Assembly: GCA_963699545.1 (NCBI GenBank) | Contig: CAVOUE010000003.1 | Location: 576,001 to 640,000, forward strand | Source of the DNA: Nitrospirota bacterium | GTDB taxonomy: Bacteria > Nitrospirota > Thermodesulfovibrionia > Thermodesulfovibrionales > UBA9159 | Length of the DNA stretch: 64,000 bases | Direction: 5' to 3' | Part shown: piece after piece, positions 49,904 through 60,866 of the stretch | Numbering within the stretch: the stretch's first letter is position 1 | How the letters are laid out: the number at the start of each line of letters is the position of its first letter | Position numbers and translations under genes: made by a program | Notes under the pieces: generated by a model | Databases searched by the model: none | Told to the model about the DNA's origin: nothing | Seen by the model: only the letters and a program-made list of their open reading frames with translations

Positions 49904-51300
49904 ATGACAAAAATATATATCCGGGCTATCATCGGCCTCATCGGCCTGTGTGTTTTTGTCTTTCCCGGGGTCGTTGCGGCGGGCAGCGATCCGCACAGCG
50001 GAACCGGGTATGAAAACGTTTCATGCGGCAGCTGTCATATAGTGCACAATGCCCTTGGTTCCAGCCTTACCAATAATGTGTCAAATCCGAACCTCTGCAT
50101 GAGCTGCCATGTTTTGGGGGGGCCGGCAGCTAACTGGCCGTTCTCTTCAACGGATCAGGCAAATCCCGGGACGTCAGGCACCTCTCACAGGTGGGACGGA
50201 GAACATGACACCGAATGTTGCGCCACTAAACCTTGTTGCCGGTGATGCCAACAATACGTATGGGTTAAGGACGGCAGGTGAATTGACGATACCGGCCCTC
50301 AAGACCTATATGCTGGTATTCAGTAATGTCGTCGCCTGTTCTGTCTGCCATGCGCAGCACAGCCAGAACAGCACCCCCTACGACCCCTTCTCCTATAATG
50401 CATCCAGCGGAGAACGGAGGAGGCACAGCGACCGGCAGCAGCTCGCAGGTTACTCTTTCAGATACCTCAAAAACGTGGACATCGAACCAGTGGGCTACCT
50501 ATACCGCGGTGATCACCGGCAGCGTAAACGCGTCCAACGTCGGCGCAGTAAGGACAATTTCGGGCAACACCGCTGACACCCTGACGGTCTCGTCAAATTT
50601 TCCTGTTGCGATTCAGGCAGGGGATACCTACTATATTACAATGAACACTGCCGGCTCGGACTATGGCACAGCCACAGGAGGCGCAACAACCTCGGTTATT
50701 GCCGCCTTAAAGACCTGGACCACAAATGCATGGGCGGGCTACTATGTGAAAATGACGAGCGGAGCCAACGCCGGCCTGAGAAGCAGGATTGAGAGTAATG
50801 ACGCCACTACGTTGACCATTCCGGCAGCAGAGGCATTCCCAGATCCTGTGGGAAATGGCGACAAGTTTTATATCACGAGCAACAGACACTTCATGCGCAT
50901 AAATAACGCGGAGAATGAGCTCTGCGTAGACTGCCACTATTACAGGACTCCCGGTTCGAAACCGGGTGGCACCATATCCCAGACTGACGTGCGGACATGG
51001 GACGGCAATAAGAAGAGCCATCCCATCGCAAAGAATCTCAGTCAATACAATGCCGGTACTAACCCTAATGGCGTTCAGGATGGCGCGCAGTTTGTCGCAG
51101 TCCCCCTTGAACCCCAGGCTGCGAACTGGGCGGTCCAGGGAGGCTCGAGGGGTCATTTGAACGGCGGGACTGACACAAACCTTACGAACAATATCACTTT
51201 CGGCATCGACGGCACGATCAGCTGCCTCTCATGCCACAACATACATTATTCAGATTCCAATGCATCCACCGTGGATACGCCTTCGGGCTATGCGCCATAA
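49904..51300 (+). CDS. Secreted pentaheme c-type cytochrome with two inserted beta-rich repeats (two frameshifts, near 50200 and 50410)
   Basis: CGSCH, CMSCH, CSVCH, CVDCH and CLSCH across three overlapping ORFs. Confidence 0.8.
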
Positions 51301-51397
51301 TGATAATGGCAGGGAATGAGAGAGTCGTCACATGATTTTGCCTGCAGTGATCAGCGCGGAATGCTTATCGAGAATGAGGATATGAGGAGGTCCGGGC

Positions 51398-53461
51398 ATG
51401 GGAGTCATTGATAACTTTAATCTTCATAGATCAAACCTGTCAAAGATCAGCCTCTTCTTCATCCTGACCTCTGCCGTGATTGGTCTGATCACTGTGAGCC
51501 CGTTGTTTGCCGCCGGCGACGGCAATCTTTTGAAGCGTTCTCAGGAGGAGACCTGCCATGCGTGCCACAAAACGAATGTGAACACCCCGTCCCCAGGGAC
51601 AACCGGATATGTGGTGTCTGACTGGGACAACACCATCAAAATGCATAGCGGCGAGACTATCGGCACATGTTCCAATTCGACCTACAAGACGAGGACTGCC
51701 TGCGTCAACAATAGCGGCACCTGGACGCCTACGAAGTGGGCCGGATTAGGGGGTTGGGGAGTTCCGTCTGGTAGGTATGGCGAGTTTGGCTGCACCACAT
51801 GCCACACGGCACATGACACAGTCAATATCTATCTTATCAAAGAGGCGGTGACCGCGCCCGGCTCTCCCGCTTTCCCCGGAAGCACGGTGGATTTCAGGAC
51901 CACCGGGGCAGGAACCGGCTCGATGGGTGACGACACCGGCGGACACACCAGTTCGGCAAGAGTGTGTGAGGTGTGTCATACTTTTGACGGAACCGGTGCT
52001 AACGGATTAAAGTATCATGGATATGCGATGGCCTCTGACGCCGGCCATAACAACAATACTAACTGCGCTTCCTGTCACGGCCACAAGCTGGCCTTTGCCT
52101 CTTGCAGGGCCTGTCATCCCCAGATTGTGCCGGGAACAAACCACCACGGCGTGTCTGTTCTCTGCACGACCTGTCACGGAATTGACCATGGGGCAGCTCC
52201 ACCGAATCCGGCTGACAACGCATTCTGCTTAACCTGCCACACGCAGTCCGGTTCAAATTCCAGTCACCATGCGGTAACAGGTGTAGCAGCGTGCAACAGC
52301 TGCCACGTGATTCCCGGGGTGACTGTGCCGCCTTCGACGAACGCTAATTGTCTGGCGTGCCACAGCGGTGCCATGGGCACGTTCGGCGCCATTACGCCCG
52401 GGGTAAATCACCATGGCAGTACTCAGAACTGCACGGTTTGCCATACCGCTGAGCCGTTTGTTCCTCTTCCGGACACGACAGACCCGACCTGCACAGCATG
52501 TCATGCTGAACGCGTTTCAACCATGAACCATCCGCAGGTTGCTCCGATGTTCACGTCACTCACCTGCGCGCAGTGTCATGCGATACCGGGGACTTCCTAT
52601 CCCGGACATAAACCGGGAATCGAGGTCTGTGCACAGTGTCACGGCCCCTTCGAGGTCTGGCCACTTACCGATGTTGCTCTTACGGCAAGGGTGGACGGCA
52701 TGCACCAGATGACGCCTGACCTCGTGATCGGAGGTATCTTTGTCACACCGACTACGGTGGCTACGGGCGGCTCGGTCTCTGTGACAGACTTTACCTCGAA
52801 CATGAGCGTTGGCGGAACGGCAGGAGCCTCCACAACAGGGTACTATGTGCAAACAGCTTGCACCAATATGCCTTCGGGAAGTCCTGTTGCGACCAAGGCG
52901 GTGAGCAGCCTCGGACCGGGCGCAAGTAGCCCGTCATCCCCTGCCACTTCAGTGCCGATGGGATCAACACCCGGCACCTTCTATATTGTTGCGAAAGCGG
53001 ACTATCTCAATGTTGTTGATGAAGGAACCAGTCCGACTGCTGGTGAGAACAACAATACCAGGTGCAGTGATCCGATAACCGTGATGGGCGCTTCACCCGA
53101 CCTTGTTGTGGCAGCGGTTGCGGCTCCTGCTTCGGCAACACATGGTAATTCCATCAGTGTTTCCGATAGGACTCAGAACATAGGCACCGTGCTCGCAGCG
53201 GCCTCGAAGACGGCTGTCTACATAAAGAGCGGCACCACTTGTCCTGCAACCGTTGCTGGTGCGACACCGGTTAATGCTCCGGGGAGGTCCGTTCCTTCTC
53301 TTATCGCGACCGGAAGCAGCACCGCGACTTACAACGTAACCATTCCTGTCGGGGCAACGCTGGGCGCGAACCAGCTGATCTGGAATGCGGATGATGGAGG
53401 AGTTGTTGGCGAGTCCAATGAAGGCAACAACATCAAGTGTAAGGCAATAAACGTTCTATAA
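51398..53461 (+). CDS. Secreted 13-heme c-type cytochrome with two C-terminal CARDB-like domains
   Basis: 13 CxxCH motifs counted; PDLV...ADY..VVDE...ENNN and PDLV...ADD..VVGESNEGNN. Confidence 0.92.
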   Translation: MGVIDNFNLHRSNLSKISLFFILTSAVIGLITVSPLFAAGDGNLLKRSQEETCHACHKTNVNTPSPGTTGYVVSDWDNTIKMHSGETIGTCSNSTYKTRTACVNNSGTWTPTKWAGLGGWGVPSGRYGEFGCTTCHTAHDTVNIYLIKEAVTAPGSPAFPGSTVDFRTTGAGTGSMGDDTGGHTSSARVCEVCHTFDGTGANGLKYHGYAMASDAGHNNNTNCASCHGHKLAFASCRACHPQIVPGTNHHGVSVLCTTCHGIDHGAAPPNPADNAFCLTCHTQSGSNSSHHAVTGVAACNSCHVIPGVTVPPSTNANCLACHSGAMGTFGAITPGVNHHGSTQNCTVCHTAEPFVPLPDTTDPTCTACHAERVSTMNHPQVAPMFTSLTCAQCHAIPGTSYPGHKPGIEVCAQCHGPFEVWPLTDVALTARVDGMHQMTPDLVIGGIFVTPTTVATGGSVSVTDFTSNMSVGGTAGASTTGYYVQTACTNMPSGSPVATKAVSSLGPGASSPSSPATSVPMGSTPGTFYIVAKADYLNVVDEGTSPTAGENNNTRCSDPITVMGASPDLVVAAVAAPASATHGNSISVSDRTQNIGTVLAAASKTAVYIKSGTTCPATVAGATPVNAPGRSVPSLIATGSSTATYNVTIPVGATLGANQLIWNADDGGVVGESNEGNNIKCKAINVL

Positions 53462-53495
53462 CCCATAAGCACTGATCTGCTTGTGGTTATCTCAC

Positions 53496-53535
53496 AAAGG
53501 GGTCAGGTTCTCAGAATCGGACCCCTCCCTTTTTG
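53496..53535 (+). terminator. Intrinsic terminator
   Basis: AGGGGTC...GACCCCT followed by CCCTTTTT. Confidence 0.6.
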
Positions 53536-53675
53536 TTCGTGACAGGACCGCCGCCTATCCCTTAGCGCTTTCCCCTCCGCCTGCGTTTCCTCTGTCCTTT
53601 CTGGCATCCATAGTGTTACCATTGCCCTTGCAGTGGCATATATATCGTCGGAAAGATCCCGGAAAGAGGTGAACG

Positions 53676-53876
53676 GTGAGCGAACGTGACAAATTGAGGC
53701 ATCTGCTCCACCACTGGATGGAGCATAATCAGGAGCATGCAGAGGTCTATGGGGAGTGGGCAGAAAAGGTTTCCGCATCAGGCGACAGGGAACTGTCAAC
53801 GATTCTCAGCAGGCTCCGTCATGAAACTGAGAAATTGAATACATTGTTTGAAGAAGCGCTAAAGCTTATGGTTTGA
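53676..53876 (+). CDS. Small His-containing helical protein (putative metal-binding)
   Basis: [27 protein letters not shown]. Confidence 0.75.
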   Translation: MSERDKLRHLLHHWMEHNQEHAEVYGEWAEKVSASGDRELSTILSRLRHETEKLNTLFEEALKLMV

Positions 53877-54659
53877 GACTTCCGGACCTTCCGGAGAGGA
53901 CGCGGGGAAGAGCTTCTTCCCGTTTCTGTCAAAGAGGGGCGACCGTATCCCCATTCTGTGCAGCACGTACTTAAGAGAGGTGGAAAGGACCCCGAAGCCG
54001 TACTGTACGCTCCTCCTGAAATTTATGGAGGAAGCATCCTCAAAGTACTTGGTCGGGCAGCTAATCTCTCCTATGTTGAAGCCAAAAGCGATCGCCTGGG
54101 CGAGCATCTCATTATCGAAAACGAAGTCGTCTGAGTTCTCCTCAAGGGGGAGGGTTTCCAGAACGGTGCGGCTGAACGCCCTGTACCCCGTATGGTATTC
54201 CGACAGTTTTACGCCGAGCGCGAGGTTTTCGATGAGCGTAAGGAACCTGTTCGCTATATATTTGTAAACCGGCATGCCTCCCTTGAGTGCGTCGCCTCCC
54301 AGTATTCTTGAGCCGAGAACAACGTCATAGTGACCGGAGATGATCATGGATGCCATCGCGGCAACGAGCCGGGGTGAATACTGGTAGTCAGGATGGACCA
54401 TGACGACGATATCCGCCCCCAGCTTGAGCGCCTCGCGATAACACGTCTTCTGGTTTGCTCCGTATCCCATGTTCTTGCTGTGGACGATCGTCCTAATTTC
54501 GAGATCCCTGGCGATCCGTGCCGTGTGATCATGTGAGGCATCATCTACAAGGACCACATCATCGACGTATTCATGGGGCAATTCCTCATACGTCTGGCGG
54601 AGAGTCTTTTCAGCGTTGTACGCGGGCATTACCACGATAAGTCTTCTGCCGAGGATCAT
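53859..54659 (-). CDS. GT2 glycosyltransferase
   Basis: MPAYNA; VDDAS; GYGANQK; HPDYQY. Confidence 0.92.
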   Translation of the reverse strand: MILGRRLIVVMPAYNAEKTLRQTYEELPHEYVDDVVLVDDASHDHTARIARDLEIRTIVHSKNMGYGANQKTCYREALKLGADIVVMVHPDYQYSPRLVAAMASMIISGHYDVVLGSRILGGDALKGGMPVYKYIANRFLTLIENLALGVKLSEYHTGYRAFSRTVLETLPLEENSDDFVFDNEMLAQAIAFGFNIGEISCPTKYFEDASSINFRRSVQYGFGVLSTSLKYVLHRMGIRSPLFDRNGKKLFPASSPEGPEVSNHKL

Positions 54660-55660
54660 GTGCCTCCCTTGACGCGGGACGGGTACTGTTTAACCGCATA
54701 TATCGTAACAGTCCCTCCCCGCTTCAAGACAGCAGATTCGAATGCGGACAGCGCAAGAGAAAACAGCACATACAAAGGGAGCAGGGCGAAGGTCAGAACG
54801 AGGTCACTCTTCTTCGCAGCCGCAAGGTTCCTCGACCGCATTTCAGGACTCTTCAGGAGATCATAAAAGAGGTTCTTCCTGATACCCGTGAGGTTCAACA
54901 GTGTCTGTAACCAGCCAAAGGGATTGTGTTCGAGATCAAATCTCCTTGTCTTCACAATCTCGAAAGAATTCTTCTTGAGCAGTTCTGATAGCCCCTTCTC
55001 GGAAAAGTGATAGAGGTGATAGGGGATATCAAGGTGAAACCAGACGCGTTTCCCTGCAGATGCCTGAAGGCTCGCTATGTTGGGAACCGCGATCACAAGG
55101 AGTCCGCCCGGCCTCAGTAATCTCCCGCATTCCGAAAGGACTCCTGAAGGATTTTGGACGTGTTCCAGGACATGAGTAATCGTGATGACGTCGAAGCTGT
55201 GATCATCGAACCCCCACTCCGCAGCGTCCCCTGTCTTCACATCGATCCCATGAACCTCTGAAGCATATGCCGCAGTCTCTCTGCTGAATTCGACCCCGCT
55301 CACCGTCCATCCATGCTCTCTCATCAGCGCCAGGAAAAGTCCCCTCCCACACCCGATGTCAAGGATCCGGCCCGGCCCGGCGTACCTCTCGATCTGTCTC
55401 CTTCTCCATCTCCTGAAGAGATAGACCACGAACTCCACAGGCGGATGAAAGCGCTTCCCGCTCAATACCCTGTAGTGTCCGGCTGCATATAATTTCGACA
55501 GCTCTTCCACCGATGGCCTCGGAACCGTGAGGCCGACCATGCACCCTTCACAAAGAAAGACCGTATAAGGTCCGCCCTGTCCGTCAACATCTTTTATGAG
55601 CTTTGTTGTTACAGGGTTATCGCAAAACACGCACACCTCTTCTCTATCGTTCCTCTTCAT
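54656..55660 (-). CDS. Class I SAM-dependent methyltransferase with N-terminal CxxC motifs
   Basis: [16 protein letters not shown]. Confidence 0.9.
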   Translation of the reverse strand: MKRNDREEVCVFCDNPVTTKLIKDVDGQGGPYTVFLCEGCMVGLTVPRPSVEELSKLYAAGHYRVLSGKRFHPPVEFVVYLFRRWRRRQIERYAGPGRILDIGCGRGLFLALMREHGWTVSGVEFSRETAAYASEVHGIDVKTGDAAEWGFDDHSFDVITITHVLEHVQNPSGVLSECGRLLRPGGLLVIAVPNIASLQASAGKRVWFHLDIPYHLYHFSEKGLSELLKKNSFEIVKTRRFDLEHNPFGWLQTLLNLTGIRKNLFYDLLKSPEMRSRNLAAAKKSDLVLTFALLPLYVLFSLALSAFESAVLKRGGTVTIYAVKQYPSRVKGGT

Positions 55661-55771
55661 CTCATCTGTCGCGGATAGCGGTCTGTGAGCAAAGCCTTTC
55701 CCGGCGCCACGGTCAGCCGACAGTAAAGCTCAGGGGCGCTTTCTCTTATCTGAGCACCCCGCCATAGATAC

Positions 55772-56752
55772 TCATTCGCCCTTGTCTGACGGCTGCCGCG
55801 TCTGTGCACCATTTATCTCGTTTTCAATAATGATAAGCGGTCGTTTCTTAACCTGCTTATAAATGCGTCCCAGATATTCGCCCACTATTCCCAGAAAAAG
55901 AGCATTGAGACTTATGGACAGGAGTATAAGAATTGTGGTCGTTGCAAAACCGGCCGGCCACGCCTGCCCGAACAGCAGCTTTCCCGCCAGGTAGACGACA
56001 AGACCGGCGAACGTCAGCACAGATATTGACAGGCCGGTAAACGTCGCGATCCGCAGTGGGACAATGGAATGGTTGAGGAGTCCATCCACCGCCAGGCCAA
56101 GCAGGTCTCGAAGTGGAAATTTGCTCTTCCCACGGACCCTTTCTGTACGGTCATAGGGGATGCCGGTCTGATTAAAGCCCATTGAAGCGATCGTTCCACG
56201 CAAATATGGCTGGTAGTCGTCGATCTTCCGGAGTTCATCCAGGACTCTTCGGTCCACGAGCCTGAAGTCTCCTGCGTCAAGGGGGAGGCGGTCTTCACTC
56301 AACCGATCTATTATCCGGTAGAACGCTTTGCGGAGCGCGCCCATCCAACCCGCTTCCGTTCTTGAACGGCGAATCCCGTATACAACCTGATACCCCTCCT
56401 CCCAGCGTTTTATGAATTCAGGGATCAGCGCGGGAGGGTCCTGCAGATCACAATCAAGCTGAACGGCCGCATCACCCTGTGCCTTGACATATCCTGTGTA
56501 GATGGACCGCTGGAATCCGAAATTACGCGAGAAGCGGTAGATCCGGATCCTGGAGTCCGCAAGGGCCAGGCTTTTCAGCCTCTCGAACGTTCCGTCCGTG
56601 CTGTGATTATCCGTAAAGATAAGTTCGTAATCGTATCGATCAGCAAGACATGACATGACTCTGCTCACCGCGGAATACAAGGGGTCCACATTGTCTTCTT
56701 CGTTGAACACCGGCACAACGATCGAGAGCAGTCGCTTCTTTGTCTCAGCCAT
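55772..56752 (-). CDS. GtrB-like GT2 bactoprenol glycosyltransferase
   Basis: SRNFG; DCDLQDPP; GDFRL; GEYLGRIY. Confidence 0.92.
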   Translation of the reverse strand: MAETKKRLLSIVVPVFNEEDNVDPLYSAVSRVMSCLADRYDYELIFTDNHSTDGTFERLKSLALADSRIRIYRFSRNFGFQRSIYTGYVKAQGDAAVQLDCDLQDPPALIPEFIKRWEEGYQVVYGIRRSRTEAGWMGALRKAFYRIIDRLSEDRLPLDAGDFRLVDRRVLDELRKIDDYQPYLRGTIASMGFNQTGIPYDRTERVRGKSKFPLRDLLGLAVDGLLNHSIVPLRIATFTGLSISVLTFAGLVVYLAGKLLFGQAWPAGFATTTILILLSISLNALFLGIVGEYLGRIYKQVKKRPLIIIENEINGAQTRQPSDKGE

Positions 56753-57452
56753 CTTTTCTCGCCACCACTGCGTACTGGGCGCCTAAAGGAACCCGATACA
56801 GAAAAGGTTCAAAACGGCGGAACCAGGACAGCATGCGCGGAAAAAAGACGATATAGTCACGCCTCACGAGGCGAAGCCCTGATCGAACGAGATCCGCCTC
56901 TGCTTCTTCAGGCGCAAGCAAGACAGCGTCCCGATCCAGGGGGCAGCGATCCACAACCCATCGGGTCAGAGGATTTAAAGGATTATGTTCAAGCATGATC
57001 AGCCAGCCTCCTGTCGAAAGTCGATCCCGCAATTCAACGGCTGTTTTCAGACGGTTCTCCAAGGGAATATGATGCATAACGTTGGAGATAATAATCAAGG
57101 CGTAATCGTTGTCGAGCTGAGAGCTGTCCGCCGTAAAAAGACCCTGCGACGAGAGATCCGCGCTGATCATCCCGATACTTTCCTTCGAGATGTCGTAGCC
57201 ATGAATCATCGCTCTGGAAAGATACGTTCTCAACGAGGATGAAAGCATCCCGATGCCACAACCGAAATCGAGAAGTTTTCCGGCAAAGTCCGGCGATACG
57301 ATCTTTGAAATATACTGTGCCTTATATGCCGAGAAATATTCGGACTTCTCACCAGAAATCCTGACGCCTTTATCCAGCGTTTCCCTGTATTCTCTGGAAA
57401 ACCTGTCAAACTGTTCCACAGTTCCTCTATCAGTCGCCGTTCCGGGCGGCAC
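56745..57452 (-). CDS. Class I SAM-dependent methyltransferase
   Basis: LDFGCGIG; EHNPLNP; GAQY. Confidence 0.9.
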   Translation of the reverse strand: MPPGTATDRGTVEQFDRFSREYRETLDKGVRISGEKSEYFSAYKAQYISKIVSPDFAGKLLDFGCGIGMLSSSLRTYLSRAMIHGYDISKESIGMISADLSSQGLFTADSSQLDNDYALIIISNVMHHIPLENRLKTAVELRDRLSTGGWLIMLEHNPLNPLTRWVVDRCPLDRDAVLLAPEEAEADLVRSGLRLVRRDYIVFFPRMLSWFRRFEPFLYRVPLGAQYAVVARKDG

Positions 57453-58374
57453 GTATCATTCTCCCGATTCCTTCGGAAAGGCTCACCCCGGGGCTCCATC
57501 CCGTGGCCTCAACAAACCTCCGGTTGTCTCCAACCATCCACATGGGCTCATCAGGGCGGTACGGTCTCTTCCCCCACTGGAGCAGTTGAGGCGGTTTGTC
57601 CATAGCCTTTGCAACGGTCTCTCCGACATCCCGTACGCTCACCGGCATGCCGGAACAAACATTATATATGCCGGGACGCTCCCGGTGATCGCCGCTGTTT
57701 GCTGCCCTCAGGAATGCCTCAACGACATCATCAATATACAGGTAGTCTCTGACCTGCTCCCCGGGCGTAACATCGACGGGTTCGTCGCGCCGCAGGTGGT
57801 CGATGATGTAAGGCATTAGCCTTCGGGGACCTTCGCCGATCCCGTAAACTCCAAACAGTCTCAATGTCACAAAAGGGATGTTGAACCGGGCGGACAAGGC
57901 GCTGCCGTAAAGTACGGACGCTGCCTTAGCGGCTCCGTAGAGAGAAATCGGATGAAGGGGGTGCTGCTCCGTGAGCGGTTCACGACCCATGGGCAGACCA
58001 TATTCAGAGCAGCTCCCTGCATGAACAAACTGTCGTATCTTCCACTGTCGGATCGCAAGCAGCAGATTCATGACAAGATTCACGTTACCCTCAAGCATGA
58101 TCTCGGGATCGGAATCCTCCTGACTGACGCCGGAGGCAGCGAGATTAAATACTACGTCAGCGATCGTTCCGGTCAATGCCTTCTGCAGCTCTGAGGTCCG
58201 AAAGGATTGGACTTCGATCAGCTCCACTTCCGGGAGCGGCCCCAAGCGCTCCGCGTTGCTTTGCCTTCTCACGAGGCAAGAAACCTTAATGCCTTCTTCA
58301 GCCAACCGTCGGGTCAGCGCCGATCCGATAAATCCTGTAGCGCCTGTGACAAGAGCCGATGTAAAAGCGATCAT
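57430..58374 (-). CDS. NAD-dependent epimerase/reductase (CDP-deoxysugar pathway)
   Basis: TGATGFIG; YGAAK; ATGA overlap with rfbG stop. Confidence 0.88.
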   Translation of the reverse strand: MIAFTSALVTGATGFIGSALTRRLAEEGIKVSCLVRRQSNAERLGPLPEVELIEVQSFRTSELQKALTGTIADVVFNLAASGVSQEDSDPEIMLEGNVNLVMNLLLAIRQWKIRQFVHAGSCSEYGLPMGREPLTEQHPLHPISLYGAAKAASVLYGSALSARFNIPFVTLRLFGVYGIGEGPRRLMPYIIDHLRRDEPVDVTPGEQVRDYLYIDDVVEAFLRAANSGDHRERPGIYNVCSGMPVSVRDVGETVAKAMDKPPQLLQWGKRPYRPDEPMWMVGDNRRFVEATGWSPGVSLSEGIGRMIRAARNGD

Positions 58375-59445
58375 CGGGAAAGCAGTTCCCTGTACTGTTG
58401 AATCTGCCCTTCCATCAGCTTGCCTGATACTGTTTTGTCTTCCATACACTCTCTATACCATTTGACCGTCAAATCAAGGGCTTTCTCGATATCCAGCAGA
58501 GGTCGCCAGCCAAGCCGCGCACGAGCCTTGCTGCAGTCCAGCCTGAGATACCGGGCTTCGTGCTGCTCACTCCCGGACCCCTGGATCTTCACTTCGCCTG
58601 ATCTCCAGATGTGGATTATTCTCTCTGCCAGCTCACGAACGGACAGCATGTCTTCCTCGGACGGTCCGAAGTTCCACGCTTCTGCGAACGTATCCCCCTG
58701 CCGCCAAAGCCTTTCTCCCAGCAGAAGGTATCCTCCAAGCGGTTCAAGAACGTGTTGCCATGGCCTCACCGCACCCGGATTTCTGAGGATCACAGGCACT
58801 CCTGATGCAATTGCCCGGACTATATCAGGGACGAGCCTGTCCTCGGCCCAATCCCCCCCTCCGATCACGTTTCCCGCCCGGGCAGAGGCAACCGACACCC
58901 GGTCGTTTCCCCTGAAGAAAGAGTTCCTGTATGCCGAGATCACAAGCTCAGCGCAGCCCTTGCTGGAACTGTAAGGATCATATCCCCCCATGGGATCAAT
59001 TTCACGATATCCATAGAACCATTCCCGATTCTCGTAACACTTATCGCTCGTTATCATCACTGCAGTGCGGACGGAAGGGGTTTGTCTTACTGACTCGAGA
59101 ACGTTCACCGTGCCCATGGTGTTTGTCTCAAATGTCTGCACCGGTTCGGTGTATGAACGTCTTACCAGCGACTGTGCCGCCAGATGGAACACGACCTCGG
59201 GCTCATATGTCTTAAACGCTGACAGGAGTGAGGGGATGATCCCTGATATCCCCAAAGAGCGAAACCATACCCTGCTCTACGGAGGCGGATTCAAAGAGGT
59301 TCGGTCTGCCTTTTTCAGGCGGAAGGGAAAAACCGACAACACGGGCACCGAGCATCTTTAACCATGTGGAAAGCCAGCTGCCCTTGAAGCCTGTGTGGCC
59401 GGTGACCAGAACCTTCTTCCCATGGTACAACGTATCAAACGACAT
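58371..59445 (-). CDS. rfbG: CDP-glucose 4,6-dehydratase (one frameshift near 59240)
   Basis: TGHTGFKGSW; HLAAQSLV; TSDKCY; DPYSSSK; RPWQHVLEP. Confidence 0.95.
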
Positions 59446-59448
59446 GAT

Positions 59449-60222
59449 CTACCATATTTTCCAGGGTGCCCTGCCGTCTGCCCAGAGCGACTCGAGAAGT
59501 TGTTTTTCACGCAGGGTATCCATGGGCTGCCAGAAGCCGGGATGCAGAAAAGCCATGAGCTGGCCGTCACGTGCCAGGCGTTCCAGCGGTTCACGTTCAA
59601 GACTGGTTTGGTCACCGGCGATGTAGTCCAGTACACCCGGTTCAAACACAAAGAAGCCTCCGTTTATCCAGCCCTCACCGGTTTGGGGCTTTTCGGTGAA
59701 CTCCCGCACTCTGTCTCCCTCAAGCACCAACCCGCCAAAACGTGCAGGGGGCCGGACCGCTGTCACTGTGGCCAGCTTCCCATGCCCCCGATGGAAGTCA
59801 ACAAGGGCCTTGATATTCACATCCGCAACCCCGTCACCGTACGTTACCATAAACGTCTCCTCCGCGAGCGCGCCCTTCTTCTTAAGATTGAGGAGTCGCC
59901 CTCCAGTCATCGTATTCAAACCCGTATCAATCATCTCGATACTCATGTCGGGGGTTTCAGAAGTGATCACCGTGCAGGCGCCGTTCCTTAAGGAGATCAC
60001 AAGGTCACTTTCATGAAGGAAATAATTGCGGAAGTATTCTTTGATCATTGCTCCCTTGTACCCGCAGGCCACGACAAAGTGATTGTAGCCGTGACTCGCA
60101 TACATGTTCATGATATGCCAGATTATGGGCCTGCCGCCAATTTCTATCATGGGCTTTGGTCTCAATAGTGTCTCTTCAGACAACCGTGTGCCAAATCCCC
60201 CTGCCAAGATCACCGCCTTCAT
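59449..60222 (-). CDS. rfbF: Glucose-1-phosphate cytidylyltransferase
   Basis: LAGGFGTRLSEET; TMTGGRL; FWQPMDTLRE. Confidence 0.96.
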   Translation of the reverse strand: MKAVILAGGFGTRLSEETLLRPKPMIEIGGRPIIWHIMNMYASHGYNHFVVACGYKGAMIKEYFRNYFLHESDLVISLRNGACTVITSETPDMSIEMIDTGLNTMTGGRLLNLKKKGALAEETFMVTYGDGVADVNIKALVDFHRGHGKLATVTAVRPPARFGGLVLEGDRVREFTEKPQTGEGWINGGFFVFEPGVLDYIAGDQTSLEREPLERLARDGQLMAFLHPGFWQPMDTLREKQLLESLWADGRAPWKIW

Positions 60223-60371
60223 AAGAATTCCCCCGGCACTTCATTCATAGCGATATAATGTAACATAGTTTTGCTTGTAAGTGAAAGAAAAGGACATGCA
60301 GAAGCATGGACAAATATCAATACATTACAGGGAGTTATCATCTGTCGTGACTGTCAGAGGATCTGATTCTC

Positions 60372-60866
60372 TTAGAGGGATCTGATATCTGTTTTCTTGC
60401 CGCTGCGGATCTGCTGATGTTCAAAGAGGGTCTTCACCTCGTCCATGAGGTCGTTAAGGTCCCTGAACTGTCTGTATACCGAGGCGAATCTGACATATGC
60501 AACCTTGTCAGTTTCCTTGAGGCTGGACATGACCTCCTCGCCTACCCATGTGCTTGCTATTTCTTTCACCCCCATGCTGGCGAGTTTCTTTTCTATGGAG
60601 TCCACAATGCCGTCAAGGAGATCAACACTGATCGGCCTCTTTTCGCACGCTTTTTTCAGACCATGGAGTATCTTCGCCCTATCGAAGGATTCGCGCCTTC
60701 CATCTTTCTTGACGACCATGGGGATCACGTCGTCAACGCGCTCATAGGACGTGAATCGCTTGCCGCACTTCAGGCACTCCCGTCTTCTGCGGATCGCCTC
60801 TCCCTCTTTGCTCGTACGGGAATCGATGACCCTGTCCTCGAGATTTCCGCAGAACGGGCACTTCAT
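60372..60866 (-). CDS. nrdR: Transcriptional repressor NrdR
   Basis: MKCPFC; IRRRREC; ATP cone; VAYVRFASVY. Confidence 0.97.
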   Translation of the reverse strand: MKCPFCGNLEDRVIDSRTSKEGEAIRRRRECLKCGKRFTSYERVDDVIPMVVKKDGRRESFDRAKILHGLKKACEKRPISVDLLDGIVDSIEKKLASMGVKEIASTWVGEEVMSSLKETDKVAYVRFASVYRQFRDLNDLMDEVKTLFEHQQIRSGKKTDIRSL

